This document shows, in pieces, positions 55,671-64,000 of a stretch of DNA of 64,000 bases. Numbering within the stretch: the first letter of the stretch is position 1; every line of letters starts with the position of its first letter. The translations under genes and the position numbers were made by a program. This DNA is from Eledone cirrhosa (lineage: Eukaryota), in NCBI GenBank assembly GCA_964016885.1, contig OZ024747.1:90272001-90336000 (forward strand), in the 5' to 3' direction. The notes below the pieces were generated by a model that saw only the letters and a program-made list of their open reading frames with translations, ran no database searches and was not told where the DNA came from.

Positions 55671-56654
55671 AATATAATAATACCAACATTTTATACAAAA
55701 CCTAAATATTCAAATTTAATTCTTTTAGACATATATATTTTAAAACATTTTACTATTACCCTATTACTATGTCTTAGGGGGGTTTTCATCTTGCCCTTTC
55801 TAAGACACTTAGTAAAAAGACAATGTAAATTGTGCACTCCTAAAGGTCATAGGCAATATAATGAATTTATCATCATCCATCATCATTTGCATCTTTTTGT
55901 GTTGAGAATTTGATTTCATTCAATATATCTAAATATGAATTAATATATATTGTAAGCATTTACTTGAAAGCTACAGAAGAAAGAGATAGTTGCTGCCTTT
56001 GTCTCTCCCGGTCTCCCCATCTTTCACTATGATGCAATTGGGGGCCCATGCGCTGGCCACCTCACGACCCTGGCAGTCAGTATAGAGAAGGCGTTTCCTT
56101 GTAGGATGGTGAGAGAGACGGGCTGGAAGAGCTATTCCAGCTGGTGAGACTCACACCTGCGGGTAGCCAACTCGGTACCAATGGTGGTGAGTAGGGAGGT
56201 GGCCCAGGGCCAAGGACACCAGAAGTCTCCACTGTGTTCTAAAATGACTGTACTAACCTATTTTTTTTTATCTAAAAGAACACATTAGCACTAGAAAGAT
56301 TATTATATCCTAGACAAACTCAAAGAGTCTTGTATACTTTATGTTTACATCTATTCAATCATCAACCATTTTACTGAACCTTCGTATGTTTATTATTCTT
56401 ATTGCTTCAGGGTGGTAGATTGGCAGTATTGGTAGAGCATCGAACAACATGCATATAGTTACATCCCTTTACATTCTGAGTTCAAATCCTGCCAAGGTTA
56501 GCTTTGCCTTTCATCCTTACAGGGTCAATAAAATAAATCAGCAGTGACTCACTGGTGTTGATTTAATTGACTTTTCCCTCTCCCAAAATTGTTGGCCTTG
56601 TGCCTACGTAAACTTGGCCTTTCATCATTTCAGGGTCAATAAAGTACCTGTCTT

Positions 56655-56994
56655 AGGCTCATGGTTTAGTACTTAGAGCATCAGGCTTACAATTGTGAGG
56701 TTGTGAGTTTGATTCTCCAACCAGGCTTTGCATGGCGTTCTTGAGCAAAGCACTTTATTTCACTTTATTGTTCCAGTTCACTCAGCTGTAGAAATGAGTT
56801 GTGACATCACTGGTTCCAAGCTGTATCAGCCATTGCTTTTCCCTTGGACAACATTGGTGGCGTTGAGAGGGGAGACTGGTATGCATGGGCAATTGCTGTT
56901 CTTCCGTAAACCACCTTGCCCAGACTTGTGCCTCACAGGGCAACTTTCTAAGTGCAAATCCCATCGTCATTCATGACCAAAGGGGGTCTTTACC
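56655..56994 (+). mobile_element. CORE-type SINE family C
   Basis: Homologous to 51319-51635. Confidence 0.75.
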
Positions 56995-59720
56995 CTAGGT
57001 AGTGAACTGGCTGAATGGTTAGAGCATCAGGCAGGATACCTTGCAGTGTTTGTTCCTACTCATTGTGATCTGACTTCAAATTCCGTTGTGGTCTACTTTA
57101 CCCAGTACCCAGTTTAACACCATCACTAAGCATATGTGTATGTTTATTATAGACACTGTCTATGGTTTTTAAATAATTAAGACATTGGAGGAAAATTGTG
57201 ATATCACTAACTTTCTTATTAATTATTTGGTATTTCAGAGTGGTGGATTGGCAGTATTGGTAGATCATCGGACAACATGCTCTCTAGCATCGAGTTACGG
57301 CCCTTTATGATCTAAGTTCAAAACCTGCCGCATTTAGCTTTGCCTTCCATCCTTATGGAGTCAATGAAATAAAGTACCAGTCACACACTGGGGTCGATTT
57401 AATTGACTTTCCCCTCCCCTAAAACAATTTGCTGGCTTTGTGCCTAAATCAGAAACCATTATCTATGGTATGTGGAACATAACTTAAAGGTTCCTATATG
57501 CTGGAGAAGGTGAGGTAGTTGAATATAAACACTTTAAAATAAACATTTCTATACCATGGAATAATTGACAGTTTCTGTTACTTTAGTATTAAAATGTTTA
57601 AAGTAGTAGAAATAACCTTATTTCTTCATGTTACATTTTTTAATTATAGAATCAGGGGCTGTTCCAGGTGGTTTGATATCAAAATAGTTACCTGGTTACA
57701 GACATTAGATTATTCATGAGATTTCTTGCAATAGAATTCCTACAGATATTCCCAATTTCCATATCATTTTGAAGTCCTTTCATAATTGTAAGTATGGTTC
57801 ATTACTTTAGGCTTACCCCTCAAACATTCCTTATTCCAGCATCTATAACAAAACTTCTTAATTTGTTTCACAGAAAAATTCCTTCTGCCTTTTATGTTTC
57901 CTAAGAGTCCCAATTTTGTGCTTTCTTACAAAGTTTATAATTTTCACAAGGATTTTAATATTAGATGTTTTACTATACTTTCAAATCTCTGAATATATCT
58001 AGATTGATTTAAATGGAAAAAAAAAAAAAAATGTGAGAATTCAATAAAATATTATAGATGAATTTACTTTCTGTGATATTTCTGCAGAATTATTCCTGTC
58101 AACAAATGTAATTTTAGTTGTTGTTGGTGTTGTTGTGGTGAAATATCTAGCAATGTTCATCCTCCGTATTGTTTGCGATTTCATGTTGCTGAGAAATGTT
58201 AATGTTTTGCTACTTTTATGAGAAATCTCATTATGAATTGCAAATCATGTTTTGAGATAAAACATTTAGGTAACTAAAATATATTACAGTTTAAATGGTC
58301 AAATAGTTTGAAACTGAAAGAAAATATATGCTGTTTGTTCTATGACACACTTCAAAGTTTAACCAGAATTTCACATTTCTGTACATTTTGGTTGGCAACA
58401 GGGAGTCAGGCAGCTTATGCTAAGGTTATATATTTCATTTAACTTCATTGCAAAATGAAAACATTTCTCATTTCTTACAGTTTTCTGCATTTTTAAGAGT
58501 CTTTATACATACACACATACATACAAACATACATGTAGACACATATACACAAACATACATATAGACACATACATACATACATACATACATACATACATAC
58601 ATACATACATACATACATACATACATACACATAGACACATATACACATACGTACATATTCACTCATACATACATATAGACATATACACACATAGATATAT
58701 AAATACATATGCGTAGACACATACACACATATATACATACATACATTCATTCATACATATATACATACATTCATACATACATGTGTATGTGTGTTGTGTG
58801 CCTATATGTGTGTATATATATATTTTTACATTTATATGCAAATCAATACACATACACACACACACACACATACACACATATATATATATATATATGTGTG
58901 TATATATATATATATATATACACATATATATATATATATAAACTGCTTTAACAAAGTTACATTCTGATATATATTTTATTATTGCATTTATATGTTAAAA
59001 GAAAAAAAAAAATGAGAAGCTAGATTCCATTTTAGAAATTAGGTAAGTCAGAAGATGGATAAAAAGAAAACATATCAAATAGAGGTTTGTTTAATCTTTG
59101 AAATATGTATATGACTGAATTGAAAAGAGACTAAACCTAGAGAAGATTGGAAACAGGAAAGTAGTTAAATTAGGTAAAATCAGATCTTTATTTGATTTTT
59201 CATATGACATAAAACTGGGTAATGTATTTCCACGTTCAAATGAATAACTTGCTACAGTGAAAAAAACAGAAGCAATAATAAAAACAAAAATTTATTATTC
59301 AATATTCACTTGCATGCGAGAAGGGGAATAAATAAGCATGAGACAAGTTGTTGGAAGGTTTAGAGAGGTTCAATTTTTAGTAGAAAGGTGATGTTGTGGA
59401 TGACGGATTGTATGCTAAATATGCCATAGACTATGTTATGTCTGACATCTTATTGTAATCTCTCTCTCTCTCCCTCCCTCTCTCTCGCTCTCATTCTCTC
59501 TCTCTCTCTCTCTCTGCTTATATATATATATATATACACATTTTCATCATTATCATCATCGTTTAATAATGTATATATATATATATATATAGATAGATAG
59601 AGAGAGAGAGAGAGAGGTAGAACACTGGAATATAATATCCGTTGTGGTAGAGCACTCAGTCCATGGGACGAGTTTGGTAGAAGTAGTAACACAACAGTGA
59701 ACTAACTGTTGTGTTACTAC

Positions 59721-59780
<60 letters not shown>

Positions 59781-59819
59781 TCATCTTCGTTTAACGTCCA
59801 TTTTCCACGCTACCATGGG

Positions 59820-59900
<81 letters not shown>

Positions 59901-60048
59901 AGGATTAGAATACTGGAGCGTGTTTGAGTCAAACACCCTCTTCGTATTATAGAAATGTCAGTAAAAGGTATAGCTCAATGCAGTTAAACAGAGCTGAAAA
60001 ATTAAGAGAGTAAAACAAAGAATCCTTTAATACATCAAAAGTTTTTAT

Positions 60049-60090
60049 TAGCCGACAATGTTTCGTCCTATTAAGGACTCATCAGGGCAA
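60049..60090 (-). ncRNA. Minimal hammerhead ribozyme
   Basis: Minus strand GCC-CTGATGA-GTCC(TTAATA)GGAC-GAAA-C(ATT)G-TC-GGC. Fully canonical core, GUC triplet. Confidence 0.8.
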
Positions 60091-61168
60091 TCAAAACAAC
60101 AAGAGGTAATTTCGGCAGATACAAGCCAGAAACTCTGGAGAATATGGAGTTTACATACACTAATGTCTTACAAAGATATACGATAATAAAAATGAAGATA
60201 AAAATAATAAAATTATAATAACTAAGGATGTAGATAACATTAAGAACCATATTACAAATATAGTCCAAAGTCACCAACTTGAATTTAAACAAATTTGGTT
60301 ATATAGAGCAGGAATTATATATAACACAGTATAATACATTATAATAATAATATATCTATACCAACATTAAAATTCCAAATTAAAAATCAAAAGGTACAAT
60401 ATATACATGTATATATGTGCGCACACACACACACACATATTACAATACACATATCTATTTTCTATTACACAGAAATTAAGCCCTATTGGAAGTTTGAACA
60501 TCAAAAATATCAAAAATAAGCATGGTAATAGTGAAAATAATGCTAATACATCTACCCAATATACATGAGGCAATAATTACAAGAAACACTTATAATAAAT
60601 AATAAACAACAAAATTATATAATACAATACAATATAATAAAGTAGAATATATATAATCTCCGGTTAATTTACAGAAACAATATAGATGTCACAGTGAAAT
60701 ACAATGATAAATTGTTAACATTATATTAACAATTACCATAAACAATATGTACAACATGATTCATACTGGGTTACATAATAAATGGGGAAATATCAATCAT
60801 ATAATATAATACAATAATACTCAAAAAAACTATATTGGTACAGGGAACAATTATGATGTTACAGAAAAAATATGTTGTTACAGAAAAAATATAGACATCT
60901 AACATGATATGTAAAGTCTAAATACCATAATGTTACATATTACAATATTAAAATATTAAAATATTAAAAAAATATAAAGTTTAACTATCTTAATGTTATA
61001 TATAATAAACGGTAAGTAATAAGGATCTATATCATAATGTAATATATTTTAAAAATTGACATATAATATATAAATAAATACTTATAATTTCAAGGTTATA
61101 TATATATATATATATAAAGAGAGAGAGAGAGAGAGGAGGAGGAGAAAGAGAGACAGAGAGGGGAGGAG

Positions 61169-61206
<38 letters not shown>

Positions 61207-61335
61207 AGGAGAAGAAAGAGAGAGAGAGAGAGAGGGGAGGAGAAGAAAGAGAGAGAGAGAGAGAGGGGAGGAGAAGAAAGAGAGAGAGAGAGAGAGGGGA
61301 GGAGAAGAAAGAGAGAGAGAGAGAGAGGGGAGGAG

Positions 61336-61380
<45 letters not shown>

Positions 61381-61508
61381 TTAGTTCTTGTATAGCGAAA
61401 TAACCATAAAAAAAAAGAACTCTTGAAAACGACTTAGACAAAAATTTAGATCAAAATTTAATCCCAAAGAGAGAAAATTGGAACATTATCCACTGAAAGT
61501 TCCTTAAA

Positions 61509-61544
61509 CCCTGAAGAAGGGACGTTTAGGTCCCGAAATATTGG
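61509..61544 (+). ncRNA. Minimal hammerhead ribozyme
   Basis: CC-CTGAAGA-A-GGGAC(GTTTAG)GTCCC-GAAA-TA-TT-GG. Stem I is only 2 bp. Confidence 0.62.
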
Positions 61545-61658
61545 ACAGAAAAAAGAACAACAACAAAAAACAAAACAAAAATTACAAGGTAACTTACTTT
61601 TCCTTACCTCATCTTACAGTCCATTTTGCATTGTTTAGCCTTCTATCTCTTTCAACAT

Positions 61659-61689
<31 letters not shown>

Positions 61690-61697
61690 TAAAATAA

Positions 61698-61771
61698 CAG
61701 ATTAAAGTTTAAGCAAAGAATCGCTGCTTTCACCCTTAACGGGATCTTCTGAAACTAACAAAGTCAATCTG
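61698..61771 (-). ncRNA. Hammerhead-like motif with A4 core variant, family R3 (inverted partner)
   Basis: Reverse complement of 62000-62073. Confidence 0.7.
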
Positions 61772-61999
61772 TAAACGCCTCAGTTGAGCACTCTATTGAC
61801 TTATATTCATCATGCAGAAACAACATCTGAATATTTCTACAAAGAACTACCCGTACCTAGCAGGAAAACATACCTAAAACTCCTGATACAGATTCGTTTT
61901 TTCCCGTTCTTTGCCAGGGAACGTTTCCACGAACCAAAGTATCGTCTTCCTGTCTTCCTCCGGTTACAACGTTTTTTGAAATATCCACTTCGGCGTTTA

Positions 62000-62073
62000 C
62001 AGATTGACTTTGTTAGTTTCAGAAGATCCCGTTAAGGGTGAAAGCAGCGATTCTTTGCTTAAACTTTAATCTG
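62000..62073 (+). ncRNA. Hammerhead-like motif with A4 core variant, family R3
   Basis: AGTTT-CAGAAGA-T.CCC(GTTAA)GGG.T-GAAA-GCA(GCGATTCTT)TGC-TT-AAACT. Stem I extended by CAGATTGA/TTAATCTG. Confidence 0.7.
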
Positions 62074-62172
62074 TTATTTTAATAAATATTTGCTCTACGG
62101 TTCTTATATATTTGATATATATTTATCCTTATCGAGCCCTCTTTGGATTTTAGTCTTCAAATTTATTATTAT

Positions 62173-62206
<34 letters not shown>

Positions 62207-62209
<3 letters not shown>

Positions 62210-62619
62210 AAGACAAACATAGAATATTCGAAAATATTCTGTATGTTTATAATAAACATTTTGAAGACCCAATCGCTATAGAATAGAATACGTCATGTAT
62301 TACAATTTCAGATTCTCGACAAAAGTAAGGGAAGTAATCTACGCATTTCATTCTTGTTAGAAATCATCAGGATTACATATCCAATACTTTTATCGAGAAC
62401 GACACAGCTAGAGACTTATAGAATACTTAGCTGTGTACAGGAACTGGTTTGATAGAGCGGTAGCCGGTCCGGCAGAAATTAGAATTTGGATTTAATGCTC
62501 TGAAATAGTGATATATATGTGAAGACAAACATAGAATATTCGAAAATATTCTGTATGTTTATAATAAACATTTTGAAGACCCAATCGCTATAGAATAGAA
62601 TACGTCATGTATTACAATT

Positions 62620-62620
<1 letters not shown>
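62207..62620 (-). mobile_element. Retrozyme-like element R2: about 1.3 monomers of 312 bp in (TA)n
   Basis: 62207-62308 is repeated exactly at 62519-62620. One HHR per monomer. Confidence 0.78.
62313..62399 (-). ncRNA. Type I hammerhead ribozyme, family R2
   Basis: Minus strand GTAATC-CTGATGA-T.TTCT(AACA)AGAA.T-GAAA-TGCG-TA-GATTAC. Stem I extended by TTCTCGATAAAAGTA/TACTTTTGTCGAGAA beyond a TAT bulge. Confidence 0.85.
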
Positions 62621-62677
<57 letters not shown>

Positions 62678-62869
62678 TTGAAAATATCAGAGGCCAAATG
62701 CAGTTGTTTTAAGTTTATTTATATTTCCAAGATATATATTTTACTGATCTCATCAGATGGTAGTATAAAACCCTTTAAAAACTTTCCTTGAAAGTTTTTT
62801 CATTTCATGATACAGGGGATGGCAGAATGAGTTGATGTTGTTTCCATGCCAACCAGCCCCAGTATCTAC

Positions 62870-63400
62870 ATAGATACAGGTTACTGACAAGAATTGTAGC
62901 TGGAGCTATCACCTGTGTTGGCAATAAAAGTTTTCTCTCTGCGAAAGAGAGGCTGGCTATATGTTACCTATGTGTGATGCTTGGTGTTGCATGACAGTGA
63001 GACATGGGCAGGGAATGGAGAGGATATACAAAGGCTGGAGAGGAATGAAGTGAACATGCTTCATGAAGTGAACGAATGTGTAATGCTAATATGTGTGAAC
63101 AACAAAACGTGGATGAGCTGAGAGCAAAGCTGGTTATAAGAAATATAGTGTGCAGGGGAAAAAAACTGCTCTGGTATGGACATGTGATGTATATGGATGA
63201 TGATCATTGAGTGAAGGTGCCAAAATATTTCAGTGCAGCAGGGGGAGACCAAAGAAATTGTGGTAGAAGTTGTGAAAGCTGATCTCAAGTCACTGAATTT
63301 TGCAGATGAGATGACAAAAACTGCAGCAAGTGGAGGGATGCTGTGCTGTACAATTCCTATCCAACACATATAAGGATGGAGATTCTGCTGTTAAATAATG
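62870..63400 (+). mobile_element. Degenerate RTE 3' fragment
   Basis: Decayed matches to ...SETW...RLERNE...WYGHVM... of the intact LINE. Confidence 0.6.
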
Positions 63401-63556
63401 ATATATGTCTCTATAGTTGTACGGTGTCTCTAAACTCAGAAACCCAACAACAGCCACATTGTCTCTGCCTCTGTGGGTAACAAGGACTTCCAACAGCTGA
63501 GAAGTTCAAACCCTCACTGTGGTGGACAAGTGTACTTGTCTCAATAAAAAATAAAA

Positions 63557-63590
<34 letters not shown>

Positions 63591-63594
<4 letters not shown>

Positions 63595-63915
63595 CGATAT
63601 TAACAAATGGAAACTATATTTATAAAACCATATTTATTTCATTATACATATTTCAAGGACACCAACTTAAATTATGGTGTGCTTTCATCAAAAAATGCAA
63701 CCATTACTGTTGGAAGCTCCCGGATAACTATCCGGGAGCTTCCAACAGTAATGGTTGCATTTTTTAAGAGTATGTCAATATTTATTTATAAAACTGATCT
63801 ATATTATATTTTATCTGATGAAAGCACACCATAATTTAACTTGGTGTCCTTGAAATATGTATAATGAAATAAATATGGTTTTATAAATATAGTTTCCATT
63901 TGTTAATATTGTATT
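63591..63915. repeat. Nested palindrome: about 100-bp outer arms plus perfect 37-bp inner hairpin
   Basis: Outer arms 63591-63690 / 63816-63915; inner arms 63690-63726 / 63729-63765. Confidence 0.93.
63811..63864 (+). ncRNA. Degenerate hammerhead motif
   Basis: CTGATGA-AAGCACACC(ATAATTTAACTT)GGTGTCCTT-GAAA-TATG-TA. Stem I register imperfect. Inverted copy at 63641-63691. Confidence 0.5.
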
Positions 63916-64000
63916 TTTACTCCAAATATTTGTTGAGTGCTTTATATCAGTTATAAAAATATTTGCTTGTTGTATCCCAACAATTTAAATAGAACTTTTA

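Larger units (their letters stand above)
61683..62175. mobile_element. Family R3 element: inverted HHR-bearing arms around a Penelope ORF-start remnant
   Basis: Arms 61683-61779 and 61992-62089. Related copies at 4981-5130 and 45961-46110. Confidence 0.72.

Overview
Eukaryotic, AT-rich, repeat-dominated non-coding DNA; the SINE, LINE and microsatellite content is typical of an octopus (coleoid cephalopod) genome, an inference from recalled family sequences. No host gene is securely identifiable, and most ORF-track entries are artefacts of low-complexity repeats. Real coding sequence is transposon-derived: one near-full-length RTE-clade LINE (APE + RT with an embedded PHD-type C4HC3 finger), a second truncated copy lying tail-to-tail with it, two Penelope-like (GIY-YIG) fragments and R4/Dong-like fragments. 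There are also many tRNA-derived SINEs, piggyBac- and Tc1-type MITEs and a Helitron. The main hidden signal is about 17 type I hammerhead-ribozyme (HHR) motifs read by eye, from at least 8 sequence families. Nearly all lie in short non-coding elements embedded in (TA)n microsatellites, arranged as 310-470 bp tandem monomers and/or head-to-head inverted pairs. This looks like a (TA)n-targeted Penelope/retrozyme system. It includes non-consensus cores (U3-A8 compensatory, A4, U.U closing stem II) and an octamer motif upstream of the ribozyme in one family. All RNA structures are manual folds, not computed or tested.
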